Below are positions 29,914 through 40,173 of a stretch of DNA of 64,000 nt, piece after piece (the stretch's first letter is position 1; every line of letters begins with the position of its first letter). Source of the stretch: an uncultured virus (IMG/VR IMGVR_UViG_3300015610_000939) (Duplodnaviria > Heunggongvirae > Uroviricota > Caudoviricetes); the IMG/VR virus record IMGVR_UViG_3300015610_000939. One strand, given 5' to 3'. The translations under genes were made by a program, and so were the position numbers. The notes under the pieces are model-generated. The model saw nothing but the letters and a program-made list of their open reading frames with translations. It was not told the DNA's origin and ran no database searches.

Positions 29914-30959
29914 AAGAAAGGCCAATTCTTGTTATTGATGGATACAACATCTTCGTGAGGCACTTCATGGCGAATGACGCCGTAACGACCGTAGGGGACC
30001 CATGCGGGGGAGTTGTTGGGTTCATCAAGGCTCTGCACTCTCTTACCCAGCAATTCAACCCAGTGCGCCTATACGTCGTTTGGGAGCAAGGTGGGGGATG
30101 TCCCAGGAGAAGGAAGATTTTCCCTGAGTACAAAGCCAACCGGATGAAGGTGAGCTCGGAGTTCAAGGCCATTGGTCTTCCTCCCAATGGAGTCCCTTCG
30201 AAGAAGTGGATCAAGGATGACAAGGAGAACAAGCTGACGCAGACCAAGAACCTTGTGGCTGCTCTCAAGCATCTCCCTGTGTGTCAACTTTACGTTGCAG
30301 ATACCGAATGCGACGATGTGATTGCCTACCTGATCCAAAACAAGCTGAAATCGGTCGACGCAATGAAAGTCATTGTGTCCTCCGACAGGGATTTCTACCA
30401 ACTCCTGGACGATCCAAATGTTCAGCTCTACAACCCAGCAGACAAATCACTCCATGGTGGTCCCATCGTGAAGGTGAAGGTTGGGAAGGATGAATTTGTG
30501 AATATTCCGGCTCGGAACTATGCCTTGGTAAGGACTCTCACAGGAGACGACTCGGACAACATCCCCGGCGTCCCAGGACTTGGCTTCAAGACGGCTTTGA
30601 AACTCTTCCCTGAACTCCTGGACAACGAGAAAGACCGAAGCGTTCAGGAGCTTGTTGAGGTTGCCAAGGCCAAGTCAATGGAAAAGAAGGCCCTCAAGGC
30701 TTACGGTTCCGTCGCTTCCTGCGGGGATATGATTTGGAGGAACTGGCAACTGATGTTCCTCACAGAGTCGACTATGTCCTACGAACAGATGAAGAAGATC
30801 GACTTCGCTGTAGAGAACTTCTCTCCCGCCTGCAACAAGATGGAATTCATCAAATCCCTGCTGAATTCCAAGATTGTGAGCAGCATCAACTACGATGCCC
30901 TTGTTTATGACATGCAAGTGGCATTGATCCACTCGGTTCAAAATTCGAATATCGGATAA
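29910..30959 (+). CDS. 5'-3' exonuclease / RNase H (PolI N-terminal/FEN-like)
   Basis: IDGYN, YKANR, ECDDVIA, SSDRDFYQL, GDDSDNIPGVPGLGFKTA; ATG overlaps the HNH stop (ATGA). Confidence 0.93.
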   Translation: MKERPILVIDGYNIFVRHFMANDAVTTVGDPCGGVVGFIKALHSLTQQFNPVRLYVVWEQGGGCPRRRKIFPEYKANRMKVSSEFKAIGLPPNGVPSKKWIKDDKENKLTQTKNLVAALKHLPVCQLYVADTECDDVIAYLIQNKLKSVDAMKVIVSSDRDFYQLLDDPNVQLYNPADKSLHGGPIVKVKVGKDEFVNIPARNYALVRTLTGDDSDNIPGVPGLGFKTALKLFPELLDNEKDRSVQELVEVAKAKSMEKKALKAYGSVASCGDMIWRNWQLMFLTESTMSYEQMKKIDFAVENFSPACNKMEFIKSLLNSKIVSSINYDALVYDMQVALIHSVQNSNIG

Positions 30960-31138
30960 AGGAAGTTCACCAGCCCGAGAGGTACTTACCTCTTACCGAT
31001 GGCAGTGAGTGCCGCTTCTCGCCGATGTTAAAAAACGCAACCAAGTGAACAGAGCGGTAAATCCCAAAACTTGCTGATGTAAGCTAGCTCTTCCAGCCCC
31101 TACCTTTCAAGAGGGCCGGAATGACCAAGGAGAATTGA

Positions 31139-32617
31139 ATGTCCACCACAAGTGAAGACAACAGGAACTCATTTGCCAAGTTCGACCGTGCTTTTCAAGA
31201 GAAGATCGTCCAGGCTCTCTTGACGGATCGGGTTTGGGCCGCCCAAGCGGCAGAGATCCTCGATGTTGAGTATTTTGAGTATGCCTACCTCCGTACGATG
31301 GCAAGCAAGTACCTCTCGTACTACAGGACGTACAAGGAGTTTCCGTCCCTGGACCTGTTCATCACTGTGATGAGGGACGAGCTCAAGGTTGTGAACGACC
31401 CCGCCTTGGCTGAGCAGGTGATTGGCGTCATCAAGAACACCAAGATCAAGAAGGATTACGGTGACTTGCAGTACGTCAAGGAAACGGCAATGGCATTTTG
31501 CCGTCACCGTTCCTTTGCAAGTGCCCTTCTTCAATGTGCTGAGCTTGCAAAGTCGGAAGACAAGTACGAGCTCTCCCTGGAGATCATCAAGAAGGCTATT
31601 TCCTCGGGGCAAGCAACCGCTCCAGCTCTGTCTCTGGAAGACGACATTGATGCGAGGTACTCTGTTACCTTCCGCAACACGATCAGGACGAACATTTGCG
31701 TCCGTTCCTCAAATTGGGATATTATTGACGGTCCTTCGTTGGACGCCAAGAAGATTCTCAATGGAGGAACTGGCTCTGGAGAGTTGAATGTGGTGATTGC
31801 GCCAACTGGCGTGGGAAAGAGCCACTGGCTTACCCACGTTGGTGCGCAGGCATTGACTCAAGGAAAGAACGTCCTGCACTTTACCTTTGAGCTTGCCGAG
31901 CGTGCTGTTGGAGTTCGTTATGACTCTCACCTCCTTGGGATCGACTCCTTGGATTGTGCTGAGCGTATGGACGAGATCAAGAAATACTACGCTGACAACG
32001 CTGGAATCCTTGGAAAGCTCAGGATCAAGTATTTCCCAACGGGAACTGCTACGGTTCAGACCCTTCGGTCGTTCATCGACAAGCTTGCGCTTGAGGGCTT
32101 CCGACCTGACATGTTGGTGATCGACTATGCTCAGATCATGAGGTCTACAGAGAAGTACGACCTTCCAAGGATGGAGCTCAAGAAGATTTTCGAGGAGCTC
32201 CGGGCCTTCGCCTCGGAACTGGACCTGCCAATTTGGACAGCCTCCCAATCGAACAAGGAAGGCGCTGAGTCGGACATCATCTCTCTTGCCAACATGGCAG
32301 AGGCGTACGCTCAGGCTCACATTTGTGACTTCGTGGTCGGTCTTGGTCGTCCCGAGAGCAAAAAAGCAACTGGTATCGGCACCCTGTTTATCGCGAAGAA
32401 CAGAAATGGTATCGACGGACTCAGCTTCCCAATCAAGATCGACACCGCTCGTTCAAGGTTCTCTCTCCTCTCCGAGGATGAGGTCCGAGGCTTGACAGCA
32501 GAACAAGAGCGGGAAGCCAAGGAAGAAAGAAACTTCGTTCAGCGGTCCTTCAGGAACGTTTTGAACAGAGCAAATGAATCGGGAATGCAATTGACATCCT
32601 CCCGTACGGAAGAGTGA
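31139..32617 (+). CDS. dnaB: Replicative DnaB/gp41-like helicase
   Basis: APTGVGKS Walker A, FTFEL, VIDYA, WTASQ, KNRNG. Confidence 0.92.
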   Translation: MSTTSEDNRNSFAKFDRAFQEKIVQALLTDRVWAAQAAEILDVEYFEYAYLRTMASKYLSYYRTYKEFPSLDLFITVMRDELKVVNDPALAEQVIGVIKNTKIKKDYGDLQYVKETAMAFCRHRSFASALLQCAELAKSEDKYELSLEIIKKAISSGQATAPALSLEDDIDARYSVTFRNTIRTNICVRSSNWDIIDGPSLDAKKILNGGTGSGELNVVIAPTGVGKSHWLTHVGAQALTQGKNVLHFTFELAERAVGVRYDSHLLGIDSLDCAERMDEIKKYYADNAGILGKLRIKYFPTGTATVQTLRSFIDKLALEGFRPDMLVIDYAQIMRSTEKYDLPRMELKKIFEELRAFASELDLPIWTASQSNKEGAESDIISLANMAEAYAQAHICDFVVGLGRPESKKATGIGTLFIAKNRNGIDGLSFPIKIDTARSRFSLLSEDEVRGLTAEQEREAKEERNFVQRSFRNVLNRANESGMQLTSSRTEE

Positions 32618-32631
32618 ACAGGAGATAGCTT

Positions 32632-35130
32632 ATGGTTTCGTTTCAGGAAGCAATTCAGCAGTCGACAGAGTATTTCGAAGGCAACACCCTCGCAGCCAAC
32701 GTGTTTGTGTCGAAGTACGCCTTGAAAAATGAAAATGGTGAGCTCGTTGAGGCAACTCCAGAGCAAATGCATCGCCGTCTTGCCAAGGAATTCGCAAGGA
32801 TCGAGAGCAAGTACAAGAACCCACTCTCGGAGGAGAAGATTTTCTCCTACCTGGACAAATTCCAGTACGTCATCCCCCAGGGTTCCCCAATGGCTGGCAT
32901 TGGTAACAAGTACCAGCTCATGAGTTTGTCGAATTGCTTCGTGATTCCACCCCCACATGACTCCATGTCGGGTATCACCTACACCATGGGTGAAGAGAAG
33001 GAGATCATGAAGCGCCGTGGTGGTGTCGGCTTTGACATCTCCCCTATTCGACCAAAGGGAATGCAGACCAGCAACGCCGCAGGCACCACAGACGGGATTG
33101 CCGTGTTCATGGACGACTTCTCTGATGCCTGCCGCAGGACGGCTCAGAATGGGCGCAGAGGAGCTCTGATGCTCACCATTTCGGTTCACCACCCGGAGAT
33201 CCAAACTTTCATTGATATCAAGAAGGACAAATCCAGGGTCACAGGAGCAAACATCTCCATTCGCCTTTCTGACGAGTTCATGGAAGCCGTCAGAGACGGC
33301 AAGGATGTGGAACTTCGTTTTCCTGTGGATTCGCCAACCCCAAAGATTCGCAAGATGGTGGATGCTCGTTCCCTTTGGACCGAGATCGTGACAGCAGCTC
33401 ATGCAAGCGCAGAGCCGGGTCTTCTCTTTTGGGACCCGATCATGAAATACTGCCCCGCGAACAACTACCCCGAGTACAGAACTTCCTCTACCAACCCATG
33501 CGGGGAAATCACCCTTTCTCCATATGACTCTTGCCGTCTGCTCTTGATCAACACCCTCTCCTTTGTGAATCAGCCTTACACCAAGAACGCAGCGGTGAAT
33601 TGGGTTCATTTTGCCGAGGTGGTACGCCACTCTCAGCGCCTCATGGACGATATCATCGACATGGAGCTGGAGTCGATTGATCGCATTCTTGCAAAGATTG
33701 CCAACGATCCTGAGCCAGAGCACATCAAAGCAGCAGAGAAGAGACTTTGGACCAACATCCGGCAAGCTTGCGAACGAGGCCGTCGCACCGGTCTCGGAGT
33801 TACCGCAGTTGGTGACTTTGTTGCAGCCCTGGGAATGCGCTATGGTTCCGAGGAAAGCATCCGTGTTGTTGAGGAGCTCTACAAGCAGCTTGCTCTGAAC
33901 AGCTACGCTTCCAGCATCGAACTCGCCAAGGAGCGTGGGGCATTCCCAGCATTTAGCCACGACCTGGAGAAGAACGACCCATTCCTTCAAAGAATTTGGG
34001 ACGCCCGTCCTGACCTCTACGAGGCATACCTGAAGTACGGACGCAGGAACATTGCAAACAACACCACCGCTCCAGCCGGTTCCACTTCTATCCTGGCAAA
34101 GGCTGTGATGGGCTTCGGAACTACCTCTGGAATCGAGAATGCCGTTTTCGCTGCATTCTACCTTCGTAGGAAGAAGATCAACCCAAGCGACACCAACGCA
34201 AGGGTTGACTTCACGGACGCCCAGGGCGACAAGTGGACAGAGTACAAGGTTTACAACCAAGGCTTCGCCGCCTGGAAGGAGATCAACCAAAAGGGTGACG
34301 AGGACGTGGAGCAATCCCCGTACTGGAAGTCGACAATTGCTGATGTGGATTGGGTTGCCAAGGTGGAGATGCAGGGCGCTGCTCAAAAGTGGATTGACCA
34401 CTCCATCTCCAATACCACCAACCTTCCTCGTGACGCCTCTGTGGAGACCGTGAAGGCGGTCTACATGAAGGGTTGGGAAGCTGGTTGCAAGGGAATCACG
34501 ATCTACCGTGATGGCTGCCGTGACGGTGTGATTCTCTCCGCAGAAGGTGGTTCGGATGTTGAAGAGGAGATGTTCGTTGAACACCATGCTCCGAAGCGTC
34601 CAGCCGAGCTGGAGTGCGACGTTTATCACCCAACCATTCAAGGTGAGAAGTGGACGATCTTCGTTGGAAAGCTTTCCGGCCGTCCTTACGAGGTAATGGG
34701 CGGACTTTCCAAGCACATCACACTTCCAAAGCGTGTCCGTGAGGGAAAGATTGCCAAGCGCAATGGAGAGGTTAACCCAGCGGAGTACGACTTCCACTAC
34801 GACTTCGAGAGCCCTGAGAACGAGACCATCATCAAGGACATTGGCAACATCTTTGAGAACGCAACCCATGCCGCCTTCACAAGGACAATCTCCTTGGCTC
34901 TCCGCCACGGAGCTCCTGTGCAGTACGTCGTGGAGCAACTCCTCAAGGGCGCTGAGAAAGAGTCTGACCTGTTCTCCTTCTCCAAGGTTATGTCCAGGGT
35001 GTTGAAGAACTACATCAAGGATGGAACCAAGGCCAGCCAGAAGAAGTGCCCGGATTGTGGGTCCACCAACCTCAGCTACCAGCAAGGTTGCGTGACCTGC
35101 CTCGACTGCGGTTCTTCGAAGTGCTCGTGA
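32632..35130 (+). CDS. nrdJ: Class II (B12-dependent) ribonucleotide reductase
   Basis: LSNCFV, GRRGA, TNPCGE, APAGS, SISNT.N, KGITIYRDG; C-terminal TSCPD-like domain and Zn ribbon; no nrdB in window. Confidence 0.88.
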   Translation: MVSFQEAIQQSTEYFEGNTLAANVFVSKYALKNENGELVEATPEQMHRRLAKEFARIESKYKNPLSEEKIFSYLDKFQYVIPQGSPMAGIGNKYQLMSLSNCFVIPPPHDSMSGITYTMGEEKEIMKRRGGVGFDISPIRPKGMQTSNAAGTTDGIAVFMDDFSDACRRTAQNGRRGALMLTISVHHPEIQTFIDIKKDKSRVTGANISIRLSDEFMEAVRDGKDVELRFPVDSPTPKIRKMVDARSLWTEIVTAAHASAEPGLLFWDPIMKYCPANNYPEYRTSSTNPCGEITLSPYDSCRLLLINTLSFVNQPYTKNAAVNWVHFAEVVRHSQRLMDDIIDMELESIDRILAKIANDPEPEHIKAAEKRLWTNIRQACERGRRTGLGVTAVGDFVAALGMRYGSEESIRVVEELYKQLALNSYASSIELAKERGAFPAFSHDLEKNDPFLQRIWDARPDLYEAYLKYGRRNIANNTTAPAGSTSILAKAVMGFGTTSGIENAVFAAFYLRRKKINPSDTNARVDFTDAQGDKWTEYKVYNQGFAAWKEINQKGDEDVEQSPYWKSTIADVDWVAKVEMQGAAQKWIDHSISNTTNLPRDASVETVKAVYMKGWEAGCKGITIYRDGCRDGVILSAEGGSDVEEEMFVEHHAPKRPAELECDVYHPTIQGEKWTIFVGKLSGRPYEVMGGLSKHITLPKRVREGKIAKRNGEVNPAEYDFHYDFESPENETIIKDIGNIFENATHAAFTRTISLALRHGAPVQYVVEQLLKGAEKESDLFSFSKVMSRVLKNYIKDGTKASQKKCPDCGSTNLSYQQGCVTCLDCGSSKCS

Positions 35131-35184
35131 TTTCGTACAACCGCTGCATAGACACTTTCAACACCCCATGCTATACTTAGCTGT

Positions 35185-36210
35185 ATGAGCATTACGTGTG
35201 AAATCTGTCAAGAAGCGTTTGTGAATAACCTTGGTGGGCAGCTAACACAGCATGTTAGGTCTGCCCATTCTCTTACTCTTCAAGAGTATGTGGTCCAAGT
35301 CGAACATGGTGGAGTTGCACCGTCTTGTGCTTGTGGCTTGTGCAGCGAGTGTCCTGTTTTCTATCGAGGCAAGTTCAAGCGATATGCACTTGGTCATGAC
35401 TCGTTTGAAAAACGAGCAGAGCTCTATGTGGCTAAGTTTGGAATTCCGGCGTGCTTGACTTGTGGTCAATCCGTTGGATTCCACAGAGGCCAGCCGAAGA
35501 AGTTCTGCTCTTTCTCCTGTCAAGGAAAGCAAAATGGCTTTTCAAAGCCATCAACGCAATTGCGCATTCAGGAGGTGGTGCAGGCAAAGTACGGAGTCAG
35601 CAATGTCTCCAAACTCCCGGAGGTTCGTCGGGCCATCTCTGAGTCAAACACAGGCCGGTTGGTGGTTGTGTCAGACGCAACAAAAGCAAAGCACTCCCTC
35701 AACTCAAGGGAGAGATGGAGCGACCCATACACAAGAGCTCGGATGAGTGCTGGTATCAAGAAAGCCGTAAACTTGCCGGAAGAAAGACAGAGGAGAAGTG
35801 AGTTTGCGAAAAAGCAAATGAATGATGCTGAGCACATTCGCCTCTTTTTTGGTTCTGGATTTGGCCACTTGACAAAGCTGCATCAGCGGGTACGAGAACA
35901 CCTTCAGTTGGACAAATTTGGATTTGTTAGCGAGCAGCCAATTTGGCCATACATCGCAGACGAACTATGTGCCGATAGGCAAATTGTAGTCGAAATCAAC
36001 GGCGACTACATCCACGCGAATCCAAGGAAGTACAGTGCCGAGGCTGTGATCCGCATTCCTGGTGACAGCTATACTGCCGCCGAGAAATGGGAGAAAGACG
36101 CAAGGAAAATTGCTTACCTTGAGTCGAAAGGGTATCAAGTGCTTGTCATTTGGGAGAGCGATGACATGGAAGAATGGCGAAAAAGACTTGAGCTCTTCTT
36201 TGAAGGTTGA
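35185..36210 (+). CDS. Free-standing endonuclease, Zn fingers + Vsr/DUF559-like domain
   Basis: N-terminal CEIC..H..H, CACG, CLTC, FCSFSC; C-terminal VEINGDYIH..D..K...GYQVLVIWE. Confidence 0.8.
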   Translation: MSITCEICQEAFVNNLGGQLTQHVRSAHSLTLQEYVVQVEHGGVAPSCACGLCSECPVFYRGKFKRYALGHDSFEKRAELYVAKFGIPACLTCGQSVGFHRGQPKKFCSFSCQGKQNGFSKPSTQLRIQEVVQAKYGVSNVSKLPEVRRAISESNTGRLVVVSDATKAKHSLNSRERWSDPYTRARMSAGIKKAVNLPEERQRRSEFAKKQMNDAEHIRLFFGSGFGHLTKLHQRVREHLQLDKFGFVSEQPIWPYIADELCADRQIVVEINGDYIHANPRKYSAEAVIRIPGDSYTAAEKWEKDARKIAYLESKGYQVLVIWESDDMEEWRKRLELFFEG

Positions 36211-36242
36211 ATTTCAACGGGTGTTGGACTAAGCTCTAGTCC

Positions 36243-36605
36243 ATGCCCGAAAAGGTCTTTGTATCAATCCGATTCAACAACTTCGGCAATGTCCGAGAAG
36301 ACAAGCAAATCAAGAAGAACACCCAGTTCATTGAATGGCTTGTCACCGCCCATAGCCCAACCTTCAAAGAGGAAGAAGTGCTTGATCCTGGGCACGAGCA
36401 CATCTTGGAAGTTGACAAGTCAATGGCTCTCTGGGCCCAGGAGAAGCTTGATGAGCTTGCCTTGGTGAATGGCTTTGGCTGGAAACAGACAGAACCCTGT
36501 ACTTGCTCTTGTCACAAGCCAGGGTCCGATATTCTTCATTTTGATTCGTGCTGCCGATACACCTATCGGAAGTACAAGAATCACGTTCCTACACGATGGA
36601 TTTGA
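36243..36605 (+). CDS. Hypothetical protein
   Basis: TTGAAT-17-TAAGCT promoter-like sequence 7 nt before ATG; CxCxCH motif. Confidence 0.6.
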   Translation: MPEKVFVSIRFNNFGNVREDKQIKKNTQFIEWLVTAHSPTFKEEEVLDPGHEHILEVDKSMALWAQEKLDELALVNGFGWKQTEPCTCSCHKPGSDILHFDSCCRYTYRKYKNHVPTRWI

Positions 36606-36617
36606 AAAGAGGGAAAA

Positions 36618-36881
36618 ATGGAAAGCGAAAACAAGGCTTATTTGGTTGAGGACGATGGCGGGGCCAAGTATTGGGTTGTGGCGACTTCAATTGAGGAAGC
36701 AAACAACTTCGTTAACAAGGAGCTCTCGTTCGACGAATCCGAGTACAGAAGCAAGGTCATCGAAGTGCGGGAAATTGACCCAAAGACAACGCCAACGTGG
36801 GATGAAGGTGGTCATGAAATTGGTGTGATGGCCGACTTCATGACAGAGAAGGGAATTCTCGCCTGTTCAGAGTGGCCATAA
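36618..36881 (+). CDS. Hypothetical protein
   Basis: GAGGG SD; 87 aa. Confidence 0.6.
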   Translation: MESENKAYLVEDDGGAKYWVVATSIEEANNFVNKELSFDESEYRSKVIEVREIDPKTTPTWDEGGHEIGVMADFMTEKGILACSEWP

Positions 36882-37117
36882 TGCCTCGCCGTCCTGATTA
36901 CATCAAGTGCGTGAAAGCCGACAAGGAAAGGCAACTTTCTTGGTGCGGAAGGAACCTTGACATGGAATGGGCATTTACGAGCATTGAGCACGCTGTGCTT
37001 CACCGAAAGGGAGCCGGGAGGTTGCTTGTTTGCTCGAAGTGTGCCAAGGTTATCTCCGAATACCTGACGGAGTGCACGGAAGAACGAGACTGTGGTCTGA
37101 AACGGAAAGACGGTTGA
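36881..37117 (+). CDS. Small Cys-rich hypothetical protein
   Basis: TAATG coupling; SWCG, CSKC. Confidence 0.55.
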   Translation: MPRRPDYIKCVKADKERQLSWCGRNLDMEWAFTSIEHAVLHRKGAGRLLVCSKCAKVISEYLTECTEERDCGLKRKDG

Positions 37118-37171
37118 CTCCAGCCTGAAATGGGTGCATAGTCCGTAGTTACCCTCTACCAAAGGTAACGA

Positions 37172-40144
37172 ATGACCACCATTTCATTCAGGCCAAATGA
37201 GTCGGACGCCAAGGTTCTCCCCAGCATCCCGACCAACCCTCTAAGCTTCCAGCAGTACCAGGAGACGATCAAGGCGCTAGGGAAGCAGTACGACCTCACC
37301 TTGCTTGATGCGCGTCCAGAAGCACCCAAATTGGTGGAGTACAAGGTTGTTGACGGACACCGAAAGGCGTTCTACGTCCAGAACTTGGCCGACGTGTGGC
37401 AGTGCTCTTGCAAGGAGTTTGTGGAAACGCAAACTGACCACTGCGAGCACATTGGAATCCTGAAACACGCCCAAGCTTTCCCGTGGGTTGCTCAATTCCG
37501 AGTGTTCCAGAAGTTCGAGCGAGCGATCCAGCAGAGAAAGCTCAGCCCCCTGTACCGAACCACAGCCTTCAAGCTCAAGGGGTATAGCGGGGAGAGCGAT
37601 GGCATCTGCACCTACACCACAGGGACCAAGCAAGCCCTCAAGACTGCACCGGTCATTGAGAGCGTTGCCATTCCAACTTTCCGGGAGAGATTCAACCTGG
37701 ATTCCATGGTCACGGACAGCGAGCTCCTGGCTTCTGTCCCATCAAGTGCTGGTATCCTTGCGGCTCCGCTGAATCTCTACGACTACCAAGAGGAAATCTT
37801 TGCCTCCATGCTCAAGGCGAAGAAGGCTGTTTGCTCCATGATCATGGGCAGTGGAAAAGCGCAGCCGCTCAGCAGCAAAATTTTGACCCCTTCCGGCTGG
37901 GTGCTTATGGGTCAAATCAAAGTCGGGGATTTCGTGATTGGTCGCAATGGCCTTCCTACCAAGGTCACTGGTGTGTACCCCCAGGGAATGAAAGAGGTGT
38001 TCGAGGTAAGCTTCTCGGATGGTTCGAGGACTCAATGTTGCGAAGACCATTTGTGGTCCGTGATTACACCGAGGGATAAACACAGAGGCAAGGGGTTCAA
38101 AACAGTCGCACTAAAAGACATCAAAGACCAATTGGTGGGAGAGAACGGCAATCACAATTTTCAGGTGCCAATGGTTTGCTCGGTAGAGTTCACGCCAACA
38201 CCAACAGTGCTTGACCCTTACTTGCTAGGTGTTTTGTTGGGAGATGGCTCTTTTGGACCCAAATCCGTTACTTTCTCAAGCACGGATCAATTTGTCGTTG
38301 ATTCCGTCAAAGCCGCCCTGCCTTCGAACCTGTCAGTCAAATTTCTCGGACGCTGCGATTACCGAATTTCGAAGGTTGAAAAAACTCGTGCTGCCAATGA
38401 GTTGCTAGATCAGCTCCGAGTATTGGGGTTGGGCGGGAAAAAATCCCACGAAAAGTTCGTGCCAAAGAGTTTCCTCTACAACTCTGCTGAATGTCGGCTC
38501 AGCATCCTTCAGGGTTTGATGGATACGGATGGGTTTGTCTCTAGTGATGGGATGAGTGTGCAGTTTTACTCCACATCCAAACAGTTGGCAGAGGATGTTC
38601 AGGAGTTGGTAAGGTCATTTGGTGGTAAAGCCACCCTGTCACCCAAGCAAACAAGCTTTACTTACTTGGGGGTGAAAAAAATGGGCAAACCAAGTTACGT
38701 TGTAACAATTTCAATACCTCCTGGTTTGAACCTGTTTCGTTTGCCCCGAAAACTTTCTCGAATTCGAGAAAGAACCAAATACCAGCCAATTCGCTCCATG
38801 ATCTCTGCTGTTTCCGTTGGACACGAAGTAGTTCAGTGCATCAGTGTTGATGCAGCCGATCACCTGTATGTCACAGACGACTACATTGTGACTCACAATA
38901 CCCTGACCTCGATTGCCTGCTATGGCTGGCTCCGGGCAAACCTCAACCCAAATGCCCGTCTTTTGGTAATCTGTCCAAAGTCATTGAAGATCCAGTGGGC
39001 AAAGGAGGTAAAGCGAGCTCTTGGCATGGATTCCTTGCTCGTCAACACCCCAAAGCACCTGGAGAAGTTGGGGACGAAGAGAGTGGAAATCGTCACCTAT
39101 CAGACCTTTGCGAAACGCCATGAGCGTTTCACCGAGCAGAGGTATGACTTGGTGATCATGGACGAGATCCAGTTCATTCGAAACGACGAATCCAAGGCTT
39201 GGAAAGCCGCCAAGACGCTGAAAAGCGAGTATTTCTTCGGCCTTTCTGGCACGGTGATCGAAAACCGCCTCGATGACCTCTACTCGATCATGGACGTGAT
39301 CGCCCCAGGATCACTTGGTCCAAAGTGGAAGTTCTGCGATCAGTTCCAGAACGTCATCTCCGTCAACAGGAAGGTTCTGGTGTTTGCCGGAATCAAGAAC
39401 ATCGAGCAATTGCACCAAAAGATCAAGGGAAAGGTCTTTGGGTACGACAAGCTGACCCTTCCTCCAATTACCCACACTCACAAGTCTGTTGGAATGACCC
39501 CGCAGCAACGCAAAGTCCACGACGACTTCCACCAGATGGCAAAGCGGTTGCTAGCAAAGGCTCTTGCCTCTGGTCTCTCCTTTGCAGAGAAGATGATGCT
39601 CCAGGCTTACCTCCTCAAGGCGCGACAAGCTTGCAATGCCGTGGACTTGATCACGAAAGCTACCAGCCCACTTTCCTCGAAGACAGCGAACGTCTTGAAA
39701 GACGTGAAAGACCTGATTGCCAAGGGGCACAAGATCGTGCTCTTCTCTCAGTGGACAGAGTACCTGGACCTCCTTTCCAGGGAGCTAACCAACGACGGGA
39801 TCAAGCACGTTTTCTTCACCGGAAGGGAATCGGAAAAGCAAAGGGCGAAGAGTGTCGAGGCATTCACTGTTGACCCAAGGGTTTCGGTGTTCCTCGCTTC
39901 GGATGCCGGTGGTGTTGGCTTGGATGGCTTGCAGATGGCCGCAGACGTGGTCATTCACACAGAGCTCCCATGGAACCCAGCTCGGCTAGACCAGAGGACA
40001 GGACGTGTTCACCGCCTCGGCCAATCCAAGCCAGTGCAAGCCCTGTACTACTACGCTGCTGGAACAATCGAAGAGGACATGCTACAAGTCCTCCAGGGCA
40101 AGCGAGACATTCGCACTCTTACCCTTGACGTTCCAAAAGACTGA
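37172..40144 (+). CDS. SWIM + SNF2-family helicase, interrupted by an intein
   Basis: SWIM CSC..C.H; LYDYQ; MGSGK/T Walker A; DEIQ; LSGT; FSQW; GGVGL; PWNP; QRTGRVHRLGQ. Confidence 0.92.
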   Translation: MTTISFRPNESDAKVLPSIPTNPLSFQQYQETIKALGKQYDLTLLDARPEAPKLVEYKVVDGHRKAFYVQNLADVWQCSCKEFVETQTDHCEHIGILKHAQAFPWVAQFRVFQKFERAIQQRKLSPLYRTTAFKLKGYSGESDGICTYTTGTKQALKTAPVIESVAIPTFRERFNLDSMVTDSELLASVPSSAGILAAPLNLYDYQEEIFASMLKAKKAVCSMIMGSGKAQPLSSKILTPSGWVLMGQIKVGDFVIGRNGLPTKVTGVYPQGMKEVFEVSFSDGSRTQCCEDHLWSVITPRDKHRGKGFKTVALKDIKDQLVGENGNHNFQVPMVCSVEFTPTPTVLDPYLLGVLLGDGSFGPKSVTFSSTDQFVVDSVKAALPSNLSVKFLGRCDYRISKVEKTRAANELLDQLRVLGLGGKKSHEKFVPKSFLYNSAECRLSILQGLMDTDGFVSSDGMSVQFYSTSKQLAEDVQELVRSFGGKATLSPKQTSFTYLGVKKMGKPSYVVTISIPPGLNLFRLPRKLSRIRERTKYQPIRSMISAVSVGHEVVQCISVDAADHLYVTDDYIVTHNTLTSIACYGWLRANLNPNARLLVICPKSLKIQWAKEVKRALGMDSLLVNTPKHLEKLGTKRVEIVTYQTFAKRHERFTEQRYDLVIMDEIQFIRNDESKAWKAAKTLKSEYFFGLSGTVIENRLDDLYSIMDVIAPGSLGPKWKFCDQFQNVISVNRKVLVFAGIKNIEQLHQKIKGKVFGYDKLTLPPITHTHKSVGMTPQQRKVHDDFHQMAKRLLAKALASGLSFAEKMMLQAYLLKARQACNAVDLITKATSPLSSKTANVLKDVKDLIAKGHKIVLFSQWTEYLDLLSRELTNDGIKHVFFTGRESEKQRAKSVEAFTVDPRVSVFLASDAGGVGLDGLQMAADVVIHTELPWNPARLDQRTGRVHRLGQSKPVQALYYYAAGTIEEDMLQVLQGKRDIRTLTLDVPKD
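37859..38899 (+). mobile_element. Class 3-type intein (347 aa) with LAGLIDADG endonuclease
   Basis: Starts AQPL (Ala1); block B CEDHLW, block F VQCISV, ends VTHN/T; LLGVLLGDG and LQGLMDTDG motifs. Confidence 0.92.
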
Positions 40145-40173
40145 ACTTACAGCGGGAGTAAGGAAAGCGCAAA

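Noticed and set aside
32539..35085. Long antisense ORFs (848 aa here; similar ones opposite recA, dnaE, baseplate and ligase genes)
   Set aside because: Shadows of strongly codon-biased sense genes; no recognisable motifs.
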